From Chrysomallon squamiferum (Eukaryota > Animalia > Mollusca), in assembly GCA_012295275.1 (NCBI GenBank), contig CM022667.1, positions 14,632,001 to 14,696,000 of the forward strand: a stretch of DNA of 64,000 nt, in the 5' to 3' direction. Position 1 is the stretch's first letter, and the number at the start of each line of letters is the position of its first letter. Both the position numbers and the translations under genes were made by a program. Positions 14,434 to 28,938 of this stretch are shown piece after piece. Below the pieces are notes generated by a model. The model ran no database searches and was not told where the DNA came from. It was given only the letters and a program-made list of their open reading frames with translations.

Positions 14434-15194
14434 AATTGGTACATAGACTTACGAGTGTCCCAACTTATATGTTTTCCGAGTTACGAGCAGTCGCGTGAAC
14501 GGTTTCTTGCTTTGAGTTGCGAGCCAAAATCCGAATTACGAGCGAGCTTCAGATTCGCCGCCGTTAGTTGGCGCAACGAACAACACAACATCCGGCCAGC
14601 ATCCCGTGTCTCACTCGTTTATTTCACGTGATTACCTCGCTGCTTGGCACCTCTGTTGTGTTGTTTGCGTTTTGTGCAATATTTTGCCAGATTTATTTTT
14701 TCTGACCATGGATCGTAAGAAAGCGAGTGCAAAGGACAGTGCTGAGAAGAAGAATCGGATGATGTCCATTTAATTAAACTAAGAAATCATAGGAAAACAT
14801 GAGCAAGGTGTGCATGTAGTCGATTTGGCTAGACAGTACGAGAGTAGTGCCATACTGAAGCAGAAGGAGTCGATAAAGGCTGTAACTCCAGCCAAAGGCG
14901 TTAAAATAATGTCTGATCTCCAAGATAAATATACCAATTTATTTCTTTAGATTCGCATTTATTTTGTTTTTTTTATACAATATTTGTCATTTATAAATAC
15001 ATTTTTCTTATCTAAAAACACGTTACAAAAAAAAAAAAAAAAAAAAAAAAAGAAGGGGGGCGGTTTTGTGGGGCTGGAAAGGATTAATGGTATTTCAATT
15101 AATTTCAATTGGAAAATTAATTTGAAATACGAGAAGATTTGAGTTAGAAGCTCGGTCATGGAACGAATTAAACTCGTAAGTCAAGGCACCACTG
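14434..15194 (+). mobile_element. Internally deleted, non-autonomous Tigger/pogo (Tc1-mariner superfamily) DNA transposon
   Basis: Right TIR ACTCGTAAGTCAAGGCACCACTG (15172-15194) is followed by TA. Its reverse complement CAGTGGTGCCTTGACTTACGAGT matches a decayed left TIR AATTGGTACATAGACTTACGAGT (14434-14456, 18/23 identical). There are subterminal GAGTTACGAG-like repeats and an internal transposase N-terminus remnant. Confidence 0.85.
14708..14914 (+). pseudogene. Remnant of the Tigger transposase N-terminal HTH (psq/CENP-B-like) domain with two in-frame stops
   Basis: Reads MDRKKASAKDSAEKKNRMMSI*LN*EIIGKHEQGVHVVDLARQYESSAILKQKESIKAVTPAKGVKIMS, the typical Tigger N-terminus. The DDE domain is absent. 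Confidence 0.82.
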
Positions 15195-15324
15195 TACATA
15201 TGTATGTATATATATATATTTTACGATCGATATTTATTTATTTTAAATAACTGTTACCACTTTTCGAAAGTTATATATCATATCACCATAATCTTGGCAC
15301 CGTTTTTGTTCCGATGTTTTGAAA

Positions 15325-15694
15325 CCCGCCCCTGACGTCGTTCCGCCTAAGGTAGCAGCAAAAGGCGATTGCGGCACTTAACGGGCAGGAATGAGAGAAA
15401 CGTTTCATCCGGCTTATAAAAGACGAGAATGTTCAGGGGCCTTTTTCCTACGTTACGTTTGTTAAAAACAAAAACGGAAAAGGTTAATCAAGGTAATTTT
15501 GTGATTCGGCGCCGAGCGAGCTGGGTCAAGAACAAAAGTTTCGCGACGAAAACCTTTGACGAAGCTAATTTCGTGAAAAACTGGGATTTCTCGTTGAAAA
15601 TAGTCACAGGCGACGTGTAAGGGTATTTCTGATAGCTTGTGGTTCTTAGCGTTATTTGATCCTGTCTGGTATGATTCGGTGATAAGGAGTAAGT
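15325..15694 (+). promoter_or_regulatory. Candidate promoter and non-coding first exon of the GPCR gene
   Basis: CpG-rich patch with GC box CCCGCCCC (15325), abutting CRE-like TGACGTCG (15333) and TATAAAAG (15415). Downstream donors are GTAAGG (15617) and GTAAGT (15689). No transcript evidence. Confidence 0.4.
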
Positions 15695-15698
15695 AATA

Positions 15699-15748
<50 letters not shown>

Positions 15749-15903
15749 TGCGTGCGTGATAAATTATGTTTTCATAACGTTGATTTTTATAATCGTGATG
15801 TCCCTAGTTTTCTCGGAAAGTTCTTTACCTAATTAGATCATTTAAACTATTTTTGAACTATTTTTTTTCTCTCTTTCTTTCCTTCATTTTTATTTTATTT
15901 CAT

Positions 15904-15950
<47 letters not shown>

Positions 15951-16091
15951 TTTGTTTATTTAAATTCTATTCTATTTATTTTCTTCCTGTTATTTTATAA
16001 TAATTTTTTTTGTAAATTATTTTATATTACTTTTAAAACTTTCATTTCGTTTTAACTTGAAAGATAATTTTTATTTTCACCCCCTAGCTTC

Positions 16092-16140
<49 letters not shown>

Positions 16141-18101
16141 ATATATATATTAAGCTCTCACGTATCTAGTTTCGACAAACCGTCATTATTAATTTCGAAT
16201 TTAGGAGGCATGTTTTAAAATCAGAATAACTGCATTCAGCAATACTAATAAAATTCCGTGTTCGTAATACCCACTGGGCTGAACCTACGCAAAATTTCAA
16301 ACATGATTTTCTTCGATATTACATAAATTACAGCTGGGGTCTTGACGTTTTAAAGTGCTCTGTGTTTTTTAACGTCTGTTATCTATTTTATTATAAAAAA
16401 TAAAAAACCTTTAAAATGATGAAACGAAACCATAGCTTTCGAATCTTAGACTCTAGTGTTACTATTATTTAGTAGACTTGTATTTTATAATTATATTTAA
16501 TGATATGTTTAAGGAGTTTGATTAACATTTATTCTATATTTTAACAATTATTATTTTTCTTCTTCTTCTTCTTCTTATTATTATTATTATTTGTAGTAAT
16601 ACTAGCAGTAGTAGTAATCGTAGGAGTAACAAAAGTAGTGAAATCATAAACAGATTATTACGATCATCGTCGTCATCATCATCATCATCATCACATAACC
16701 GACATCATCATATCATCAACTGGTAACATAAATGACACGTCATAACTTCCGTTTTCCTCACTGCTGTTGATCAGCGTCACATCCTGCTGAGCGTATTTGA
16801 TTGTGTTTACACAGTTTACTGACGTATCGAGAGGCGTATCAGAAAGGTTTTGATCGAGCGACACGCCACAGCGAGTTCTGTAGTGGAAATCAATTGCGAA
16901 GATTACTTAACAGAAAAACATTAAGCTCGCATGTTTCTCAGTACAAATATGCGAAAGAGTTGTTTTGCAACAGCTTGGCAGAAATATAAAGCGACAGAAC
17001 TTGTACCACGTTTTTCTCTGGAAATAAATTTTGACGACAAAGCGAAAAAAATAAAATAATGAAATGATAGTTAAATGAATGAAGAACGTTATGCATTAAA
17101 AGATGACTGAATGAATGAAAGAAAGAAGGAAAGAAACAAATGAATAAAATAAATTATAAAATAAAATGGAAATTAAGGAAAGGATGAGTTAATTTACTTA
17201 ATCATATCTCATCTTATTTTCTTATCCCATCTGAATGATTGATGTCCAAATTACATTTCACATAACTGTAATGTGAAGATATTATCTATCACCATGATTA
17301 CCAAGGCAGTTATTATTATTATCGTCATCATCGTCATTACGGCTGCTGTAGTTGTTTTTTTGTTATTAATATTAATCAATCTAACTTTTAAATGTCTGAA
17401 TGTTTAATATTTTAAATATATATATATATACATATTCTTTGTATTTTAATTTAATTATTTTCCGTTGTTGAAATAATTATACAACTGAAAGGAAACCTGA
17501 GCCACAAGTTTTTGGAACTCTGTTACCATTCACCTTGTAAACTAAACATACAGCTTTACGTATACACACAGAATTAACGTATTAAACTGAACGGAGGAGA
17601 AGGCAACTGGAACTCTTCTTGTAATCACGACAGTGGTGGTGGGGGGACAAGAAGAGAGCAGGACGAGATGAGGTTACGTTCGTGAACCGTGTTCATGAAT
17701 CATAATCATGAAGTTTTCAAATTATTATTGATAACTGGTCTCATCTGATTCTCTCGACTCATCATGTAAAATGATGATATGCGGTCACAGAGAGTACAAG
17801 AAATGTCCATTACGCTGATGCAAATTCGCATTCTAAAAATTGTTAGGAAAGCATTAGACGCGTCGGCTGAAGTCCTCAGATTGTTTGCTTATTTGGATTT
17901 TCAGACTAACTGAGAAGGTTCACGGTGTGCTGGTTCGAGTTATTTTAAGAAGTAACAAAAGATCGGCGAGTTAAACCAGTTTTGAGATATATCTATTGTT
18001 AATGTTAATACTCAGTGTAATAAAAATATGAAATCTTAGTGTAACTCTTTTAAACATTCAGCTTTCAGATCAAATGAGATTTCTTTGGACCTGTTTAGTT
18101 T

Positions 18102-18158
18102 TACTACTACTACTACTACTACTACTATTACTACTACTACTTCTATTACTATTACTAT

Positions 18159-18192
<34 letters not shown>

Positions 18193-18211
18193 GCTACTAC
18201 TAATACTTCTT

Positions 18212-18243
<32 letters not shown>

Positions 18244-18285
18244 GCTACTACTACTACTACTACCACCACTACCACCACTACTACT
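18102..18285. repeat. Imperfect (CTA)n microsatellite
   Basis: Direct reading. Confidence 0.95.
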
Positions 18286-19166
18286 AATGCTCATCCCCCT
18301 CATTCTCCAACTACTACTACTACGTTTGTTAGACCTGTTTAGTTATTATTACTACTGCTACTGCTGCTACCATTACTACTATTACTATCAAATAATCATG
18401 GTGATGATGATTATTATTAATATATAAAATAGTTTGTTTGTATGTTACATATATATGAGTCAGGGATCATTATCTTTATCCGAGGCTGTACGTGCATTTG
18501 TCTACATATGTGTGCATCTGACAGAACAGCTATCACTTATAAGTAAACAGACAACTGTCTTTTAATGCTGAGTTTCAAAACTTTGTAAATAAAGTCATAC
18601 AAATAAACGCACAAACAGGAATAGCTATGTCATTCCGACAGCTCCTAATTATTATACTTAACAATTTCATCATGCAGATGCCCGCCTCGTTTATTCCATT
18701 AAAACAAATCGTGTTCGTTACTTCTCAATAAGTTTTCTCTTAATGTGAGAAATACATCCATATAAATCTGAGCTGAACGAAACTAAATATATTATTGTTT
18801 TGGAAATAGCGATTAATGGAATTCCCTTGCCTTGTAAATCAAATAAAACAATTTAATACGACTGAAACAAAGGAAATAATAATAATAATAATTCAATTTA
18901 AGGAAATCCGTTATCTGTCGTTTGTGTCTGGGTAATGGATAGCTTTCGATTATTCTGCTCATCAAATCTCGGAAACGGAATAAAATGGAAAGAAGAATTG
19001 CGTATCAGACCACTTTATCTTGCTGAAGATGTATGTATCCAATAGCTGATAAAATAATAATAATAAAAAAATAGTATATGGAACGCCATTTTGTCCTTTT
19101 GACTAATTTAATTTAATTATAAAAGTAAATAAAAAAAATAAAAAAATAAAATAAAATAAAATAAAA

Positions 19167-19197
<31 letters not shown>

Positions 19198-20520
19198 ACA
19201 AAAGTAGATACACAAACAAACAAACAACACACAAATAAATTAATTAAGTAATGTAGACTGAAGTCGCTTCTGGGGACCCTTCGGGATTATTGACCATTAA
19301 GATTCAGCTTCATTAGTTCCATAGCAGGTCCGCCCCTGTTAAGAAAGAATCTGTTTGTTTTACGACTGCTGTGGGATTACTTAACGAGGTTTGTTGGGTG
19401 TCAGACATTTTATAATTGCCACAGAAGGTTTTAAGTACAGAATAAATATACCTTACGTGTTGATACTCGGAATTTACACGACCATGTAAGAACATCTCGA
19501 GTGTATTGATATCGTCTGAGTCCGGCTCATTCCGTCTGATTCCGTAAAATTCCGACTGTACCGAGAACAAAGAATAAAATTGTTTGATAAATATTTCCGT
19601 GTCTCATTATTTGTCTCATCCCGGTACTGACTTTTATATAAACTCAAAACCTCGAGTAGCGAATACTACTACTGGTACTACTGCCACTACTACTACGACG
19701 ACAACAACAACAACTACTACTACTAATACTATTACTTCTACTCTTATTATATAAACAAATAAATAAAACTATATAGAAAATAAATTAATAAATTAATAAA
19801 TAAATATATAAATAAAAATGAATGAATCAATGAATGAATGAATTAATAAACAACAGTCAAACGAATGAATGAACAATATCGTCGTCGCAGTCAACAACAA
19901 TTAGACGAAACGACGCCCTCACACCCGTTCGGCTACTTGTACAGATTAATTGCTGGCTGTCACGCAGTATCGTGTCTTTGATGTGATCGCGACTTCCGCG
20001 AAACACGCCTATTGTTTATTCATCGCGAAGCGAAGCAGTCACTCCGTGGTTACAAGCTTCACACGCCTTCAGATGTATTATAATACACGTCCAGAGAATA
20101 GGGGCGGTTTACCGCTTCCTGTGTTTCCAGGATGTGTTTGCGCATCACACAAAAGAAAACGATTTTTTTTTGTTCTTTTGTTGTGTTTTATTTTAATTTT
20201 TTTTTCTTTTCTTTTTTTTATTATTATTATTATTATTATTTTTTTTTTTTTTTTGGCTCTCACTAACTCGCGTTGACCTCTGTTCGAAAAATCGTTTGTA
20301 TCAACAGAAAAATGTTGATGGAATTCATGGCCGCAGTATCATGTGTAAATAAGTTTTTTTGTTTTGTTTTGTTTTGTTTTGTTTTCTCTCTCTTCTGTTT
20401 ATGATAGTGACGCGCCCATATCGGCTGTCTTTATCGGAAAAAGAATCAGGAAAACAATAAGTATAAATAAAGGAAGTTCATTTCAGAAGATGAATAATTA
20501 ATTTACTGATTTTTATTCAT

Positions 20521-20628
20521 ATCTGTCTGTCTATCTATCTATCTATCTCTCCATCCATCCATCCATCCATCCATCCATCCATCCATCCATCCATCCATCC
20601 ATCCATCCATCCATCCATCCATCCATCC

Positions 20629-20704
<76 letters not shown>

Positions 20705-20915
20705 GCCTATCTGTCTATCTATCTATCTATCTATCGATATATATATCTATCGATCTGTCTGTCAATCTGTCTGTCTGTCTGTCTCTCTGTCTATCTATCT
20801 GTCTGTCTGTTTGTCTGTCCGGCTGCCTGTCTGGGTATCTGTCTATTTACCTATCTATATTTTTATCTATCTACTTATCTATCTACCTACCTATCTACCA
20901 ACCTACTTATCTATA
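20521..20915. repeat. Compound tetranucleotide array (TCTA)n/(TCCA)n/(TCTG)n/(CCTA)n
   Basis: Direct reading. Confidence 0.92.
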
Positions 20916-21689
20916 TCTGTACGTATAATCTATCTAACTGTATTTTTTTTTTCTGCTGTCGACGAATCTCTCTCTATGGTTTAAGATTTTAAAAATTTGA
21001 TATAAAAATATTAACATAAAATAAACAATTCAGTAAGCCATTCGATCCATTTAGATTTACAATGAATACCAGAACATATTTCTATTGATCTACCTATCCA
21101 TCTGTCAATCAAACCGTCGTTATGTCAGTCTGTCTGTCTATATATTTATTTGTCCGTACAGTTGTTTTAAGAACCTATTAGTAAGGTTTTCTTTGTTGCT
21201 TGGTGTAGTTCTCCATTCTTAGCTAAAACAGCCTATCTATCTTTAATATTTATCGGAAATTAATATTACATAATGTGGCCCTGAGGACTTGTTATAGCAG
21301 ATGCTTTGTGCGTTTTTATCGGATTATGTAGAGATTGGTAACGAACGCTTGTTATGCTATCGCCGAAGAAAGAAGGGGAAAAAAAAAAAAAAATTCTAAT
21401 CAATTTTCAGATTAATTTTAAAACTTAGTTTCTGTTCTAAGATGAATATTAACGACCTTCCTGAACGCAGAGGCGTGGTAATTGCTTTTAATTATGGAGT
21501 AAGAATTGGTTAATTGATTTGTGATAAACAATTTTTCTGTAACAACATCAAGAGCAGAATCATCATCATCAAAAACAACCACAACCACAACCACGACCAG
21601 AGTCGTAACGACGAGGATAACTACTACTACACCATCACCAACTGAAACAACAACAACAACAGAAGCAGCAGCAGTAATAACAACAACTC

Positions 21690-21747
<58 letters not shown>

Positions 21748-21863
21748 TTAATAAAATTAATAATTTATATTCTAGAAAAAAAAGAGATTATAAATGAACT
21801 ATTTCTTTTAAAATTAATTCGAAACGATTTAGCTGATAATTTTTTAAAAGATAATAATTAAAA

Positions 21864-21926
<63 letters not shown>

Positions 21927-22275
21927 AAATTAAATTAAATTAAATAAAAAAATTAAAAAGAATGAAACGTTCAAATCCACACAAAAAAGTTTTTAATTTC
22001 GTTTGAAGAAATAACTTGTTTTATCATTTCTTTCAGTAAAAAAGAAAAAGAAATTTAAATTTTCGTATTGATTTTCGTTATTTAGAGACGGACGGTTGAC
22101 AATACCAACAAGCTTAATAAACTGTACACTTTAAAAAAACTTTGATTTATTTTTTCTTTCCCTGCTAGGGTAACTCGTGAGCACTCGCTCGAACAAAGTC
22201 ATTATTTAAATCTGTTATTCCGGCTTTTACAACCTCCCAATTTTCCTTTGTGTTTTGACGTACGTACATACGTAC

Positions 22276-22319
<44 letters not shown>

Positions 22320-22887
22320 CAAAATCATAATGATGATGACTATTAGTCATAAACAAAGCAGAAATGAAATAAAGAAGCTCTAATTAACTAAAATACTAGA
22401 TACGCTGAAATCTCACTCCCAAACTATTACGATCTGGTCGTAATCATTATAATAGCTGGATTACTATTACGTCCTTACGATATCTGTGTTAAGTATTATG
22501 CAATTTCTCAGTTCATTGACATTGTTCTTTAACTGCATTATTTCTGGGTCTGACTGTATAATTTGGTGTGTTGTGTAAATAAAAGAGTCCTTTCTGTGAC
22601 ATCTTGAAATCTGTAATCTTTTGATGAGGCAGAGTAATAGCTTTGATATGCATCTGTTCGTAAGTGTCTCTGTTTGTGTGTATGTGTGTTTTTGTGTTTG
22701 TTTGTATGGGTTCACACATACACATGTATGTATGAGTGGATGTATATATGTATTTATGCATGTGTGCTTGTGTGTCTGTAAGTGTATATATAAATGGATG
22801 GTGAATTATAAATGTGTTAAAACAGACTTTAGAAAATATATACGGGTATAATAAAAGAAATGAGAGAGAGCAACAGATGGATGAATG

Positions 22888-23229
<342 letters not shown>

Positions 23230-24459
23230 CAGAGTGTACATAATATTATGTTAACTAAAGATTGGGTTACTTTAGTCAAATTTGTCACCGATCACATCAC
23301 GCTGTATGGGCCAATTATTAGAACTGAGATCAATAACTACCGACAGTGGCTTAAACACTGGCCCAGCCATCCGGAGAAAATTCAATTTATTAAAGCCTGA
23401 TATTCCGGCCTACGCCGTCTTTTGCCCACAAAGCCGTTTCCGTTAAGAAAATCATTTAGTTTAAGTATTTGGTCACAAACGTGTACGTCTGCATTCCATT
23501 TGGCGTAACTGGCAGGCAGTCTCTCGAACACGCTCGTGTTATTTCGGCTCTGACAGCCACCCTGTTGACAGTCCATTGTTTCACTGCGTCTTACGGGCCT
23601 CACGTTCCGCGGTTTTTGATTGCAGAACCAGTCTGTCAGTTAATTTGGGTTTGTTTATTGATTGCGTCGTTCGTGCGATCTTTATTTTGAAATCGTTCAA
23701 TCATGTGTTTGTTCGTAATTTCTACAAACAAAAATTAAAGGAAAGAAAATAAGAAAGATTTAAAATATGATTAGTTAAAAAAGTAAGTTAGTAAGTTAGT
23801 AAGTAAATAAATAAGTAAGTAAATAAGCAATGACACAAATAAATAAATAAATAGATAAAAAAGCGAAAAGAAACTCCAAGAATTGTATTTTTATGTTGTT
23901 ATTATTGTTATTTATTTTCGTATTTTAATATTTATTCTTATTTATTAACAAACTGTAAAAAGTAACAAAACAAAATAATAACATTTTTTTTTAAATCTAA
24001 TGTAATGAAACGGCAAAGTTCTTGTTTTCATCATGATCAAAATAAATTAGGGCGAAATACTTTCTTACGCTATTCAATTATTTATTACTGCTTTTGTTCG
24101 CTGAGCAACAGTTAAATGCGACAATCTAACCGAAAAGTCTCTCTCAAGAGATTTAATACATATATTTTTTTTAACTTCTTTAAATTTAACTGACATTCCT
24201 AATGATAAATCAATGAAAGAAATTAACGTGTAAAAGTAGAAGTAACAATACGGTCACGCCCAAGGTTATGCCCAGGTTAACAGTGAATTTGGGGCTAATA
24301 GATTAATTATTCGTTGAAGAAATAGCCGGATCTTAAAATAAAGTCAAGGATGGCATACAACAAACAGGGATATTTCGGACACTGGCGTATATAAAAAAAA
24401 AAATCAACGATTATCTTCATAGGCTTTTGAATTAACTCTTTTTTTTCTTTTTTTTGCAG

Positions 24460-25388
24460 TGCTAGAAAGAGAGAAAGAAAGCGATCAACACTAATGTAAC
24501 TCGAAGAAAAAGAAGAGGGAAAGAAATGATGACATCTGAAGCTGAACAGAAATTGCTTCCACTCCAGGCTTGGTTAATTAGCGAACCTACCTTGCTAATT
24601 GTAAGAATCTCGGTGGTCAAATCTTTAAATTGATTTTTCACAGTTGGTTACCCATTATTCGTTTCTCATCTTGTAGCCGCAGGTATCACGACGGTGCTGT
24701 TAGTGGAAGACAAATGGAATCTCGCGGAATTGGTAATTGCTTTACGTTATTTTGGAAACAATATGACCCAGCCGCGAGGTAAAAAGTTGCAGACAAAATC
24801 GTTTTCAGGCATCATTCATTTGACAACGACGCCGACAACGGCAAGTGTACGTTGACGTGAACGACCACGAATTACCCTTCCTTTACGCGAACTGATGAAA
24901 TCTATTTATTTCCAGACCAAAGGTAAATTGACAGAAATGCAGAGAAAATTTGTAAGGATAAGTAAAAGTCAGTGTAACACAGGAGATCAAACTGTGTTTT
25001 AAGTAAGTCTGAGGTACTTTGACATATACAGACACGTTTGTCTTGCGAAGCAGCGGTTTCCGCAGCTAACTCTTTGATCTCTGCAGATTCTTCTGTAATT
25101 GGCTTTCATAATAAACATTAACTGGTTCAAAGTCTTGACCTCTAAATGTGTGTCCGGTTTTGGCTCTGGAAAGTGATCGTTGAATGTTATTCTGAGTTGA
25201 AAAGACTGACCTTTAATCGAACTTTTAATATCAGTATCACTTTTAGGAAACTGATCTCTGAACGTACGTCTAATCTGTGTTTCTGATCATCCAGTGGCAA
25301 TTTACAAAAGAAAAAAACCGTATGGTTTTTATATTTTAACACGCAGGACTATTAAAACTACTTCTTTTGTTGTTTTGTTTTTTTTATC
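24460..25388 (+). other. Probable 5' UTR portion of the first coding exon
   Basis: Strong acceptor (long T/C tract + GCAG, AG at 24458-24459) followed by ~930 nt free of microsatellites and continuous with ATG 25389. Confidence 0.45.
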
Positions 25389-26079
25389 ATGGGTGCTTTA
25401 TCAGGAGTGTACCAGATAGGGGCTGACTTCTGCGTCGTTCTCGTGTGCGCTTTGTTCCTCGATTTCTTCCCCGGATCGGGAAGCTCCTACATCAACTACA
25501 CCATCTACAGCCACTCCCCGGACATGGACGACTACAACCACACGCGCATTTGGATGGAGGGGACGTCGAACGCGGCTCCGCAGCCGACAGGAGCTGCTCC
25601 GCAACCTCCTCAAGAAATGGACGTCGTGGAGATGTTCCTGGAGCACGTCGAGCAGTACGACAAGGGCAAAGAGAACTGCACGAAGGGGACGCACTACAAC
25701 CTCGGCAAGGGAGTCATTCGCCAGTACGGATTAAAACGATTCAAAAGACAGGCTCTGGCTGCCGTCAACGCCGCCAACTTCTACACGAGGATCTGGATGC
25801 GCGCCGGGGAAGCTGTCACCCGTTCGGAGTACTTGTTCTACACCATGGTCCGGTCCATGGTGGAAGGCGACCCCGACATCTTCGCCGCCGGCAACTGCTA
25901 CGACAAGCTGGAGTTCTATGGTTATTACCTGTTCTGTCCCTACGCCTACCTCATGGAGGACGGAAGGATTAACGTTAAGGATTTATCCTTGGAGTACGAC
26001 TACTTAGGAAACGACTCCGAATGGTTTATATCTGCTAGGATGAGAGCCAGTCAGCTGGAAAACTTCAACTATACTCATG
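25389..26079 (+). CDS. GPR158-like: Coding exon 1: signal peptide, Pro/Gln linker and N-terminal part of the extracellular Cache domain
   Basis: Only long non-repetitive, codon-biased ORF (MGALSG...RQALAAVNAANFYTRIW...DIFAAGNCYD...FCPYAY...KDLSLEYDYLGNDSEWF...NYTHG). Ends at a CATG|GTAAGT donor (GT at 26080), phase 1. The exact start is less certain than the 3' end. Confidence 0.9.
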
Positions 26080-26743
26080 GTAAGTTTTTTTTTTATTGCT
26101 AACCCTTAAAAAGCACCTCCGCTTTAGTTACGTTATCACTAAAACAACAAAAGCAATACAAGACGAATGAATTCAAGCATATCTAGTTCGAAAATGAAAC
26201 ATCGACAACAAATTTAAATATATATATATATAAAATGAAAACTTACAAAATATATAACAACTAAACTTGTCATTCATGACAATATTAACACATAATAAGA
26301 ACATTAAAAAGTGATTTCAAAACCACTTTGGCAAAATAAATTATGTTAAATAGACCACTACACAGCTTCATTAGTTGACAATATGACCACTTTAAAATAA
26401 CTTGTTAGAACTGGGGAAGTATTGTTGAATTAAATCATTTTTTTATGAGAGTTAAAAATGAAACGAAAAAAACCCCAACAAATCGTACAAATGACATTTG
26501 TCATGAATCTGATGAGGTGCTATCAAGAAGAACCTAAGTCACACTAAACATAATAACTTGTTAATTCAAATACAGTTATGGACTTTTAAAATGTGTAACG
26601 TATCAATAGTTGACTTTCAAATATTTGTGAATATTTCATACGTAGTAAAACATAAATGTAGGCAGCGAAATATCTACGACAAAAATAATTATAAATGAAA
26701 TTTAGCATAGTAAGTATTATACACACAGACACACAGGTGTTCA

Positions 26744-26836
<93 letters not shown>

Positions 26837-26980
26837 TATACAATCAGTCTATCCTTTTGACATATGCAATCACAAATGTAGGTACACCAGAACGATTAAA
26901 CAAAGATAGAAGAAAAACAGAAAAAGAAAGAAAATGATGTCAGTTTAAATATAATAACTGGGAAAGAAAGAAAGACAAAC

Positions 26981-27016
<36 letters not shown>

Positions 27017-27863
27017 ACGAAAGACAGCAAAGGACTGAAACTGACAAAGTACAGCTGAAGAAACACATTAGCATGATATCAGTGCTACTTTTCACTTGAC
27101 CAAAAACACAAGATCACAACGTAAAACCCGTACGTGCTTTATCAAAAGATGAAACTACAACTTCCCGAGGCTTTTCCGCGGTAACAAAAAAATATTAATA
27201 ACCCATTGCACTGCCTGATCTGTAACACTCATTGTTCAGGTGCAGACAACTCGCGCTTTAACATGTCATTCCTTTACAGCGCCTGCCAGTCACTGATTAA
27301 ATGTTTCTGTTCTTGCTAACGCGTCATTTTTTTCTGTCCCGTGATAACAGTGCATATAGTCACGTCGCCTTCTGTCTTAAAGGTGTTTTCTCACAAAGCA
27401 ATTTTCGATAACGATCTGTAAGCGTAAAGTTCTCTATTCTAACGCTTCAGATAATTTTTGTAAAAATGTTTATTTTAATGTGTCGAATGCGTTACAAATA
27501 CATTCTCAGATTTTAATAAGTAATTTTAATGTGTTATTTTGTTTTTGTTTTAGAACATGTGATTAAATTGGTCTTGGTGCGATTTTTTTTTCTCAAAATA
27601 TAATAACTGGTAATAATATTATATCATATGTTATCTATGAAGTAACATCAAAACATAACACATTATTATCGTTGTTATCATTGTCTCGTATCAATCTATA
27701 TCGTAATTACATGCATACATACCTACATAATTATGAACGTATATACTTACATACATGCAAACATACATACATACATACTTACATACGTACAAATATACAT
27801 ACATACTTACATACATACATACAAACATACATAGATACATACTTACATACATACATAGATACA

Positions 27864-27897
<34 letters not shown>

Positions 27898-28841
27898 AAT
27901 ACACACACCTATAAATATTGAATACAAAGAATGAAAAGCAAAAGAAAGAAGATTACTGTCATAGAATACTGAACAGAAGTTTCTGATATTTATTTACAGA
28001 CGTACAAAATAGCAGAAACAAACCCATCATCCGTTTTTTATAAAATCTTTAAAACTTTTGTTCCCCTCATTAACCTGTGCAGATACATATATAATCCGTG
28101 CGTACATACATACATACATACATACATACATACATTAATATATACATACACAACAGACACACACGCACGCCCACACATACCAACATATAATACATGAGTA
28201 CGCGAACGCTACTGTTCTTGTTAACTGGTTAATTTTTCATTTTAAATCAAGCTGCTTTCGTCACGAAAGTTATATCGCAGAAACTCACATCGCCCCGTCT
28301 GTTCTGAAACACTAGACGTGCATTTAGAACGTGTCCTGTCTATCTTCTCGCTATTGGAAATCATTGCACAATCATTTCCGTAATCGCTCTGGGTAAACTA
28401 GCAAGCGACTCCAGGAACCGAAACAGACCGCTTCATCCCTCTGTCCTCTTTTTTATTACCGCAAATAACGACAGAAACATCTCTTTGTAGCCTATTAAAA
28501 TTCGTACGCCGAAGGCATGTTACTTTTAAATGTGTCCCAGTGAATCTGGGCGAGATGCGGACTTTATGCCTCTATTAGTGTTTTTAATTTTCACCAAACG
28601 TTGTTGAAATGCCGATGCCGACGCATATAAGCTGTTTCCGATGACTAATAAGTGAAGACTTTGTTGGAAGAGATCAGATGTTGGAGATTATGGCAAAATA
28701 TAAATGAGTTTGTATTAAAGAGAGTCACTCGGTACAGAAATTTAATCGTCACCGTTATTAAAACGTGGCATTCAGTACAACACGTAGAAAGAGAAGGACA
28801 GTTGTTTTAAGAACTACAATATCCAGGAATCTTATGTCCCG

Positions 28842-28938
<97 letters not shown>

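Noticed and set aside
17880-17945. Pol III B-box-like GGTTCGAGT (also GAGTTCAAGTC near 31503)
   Set aside because: There is no matching A box or cloverleaf, so a tRNA or SINE cannot be called.
25401-25972. Overlapping ORFs 25445-25972 (+, 175 aa) and 25401-25694 (-, 97 aa)
   Set aside because: These are shadow frames caused by the high GC3 of the true exon and have no recognisable domain.
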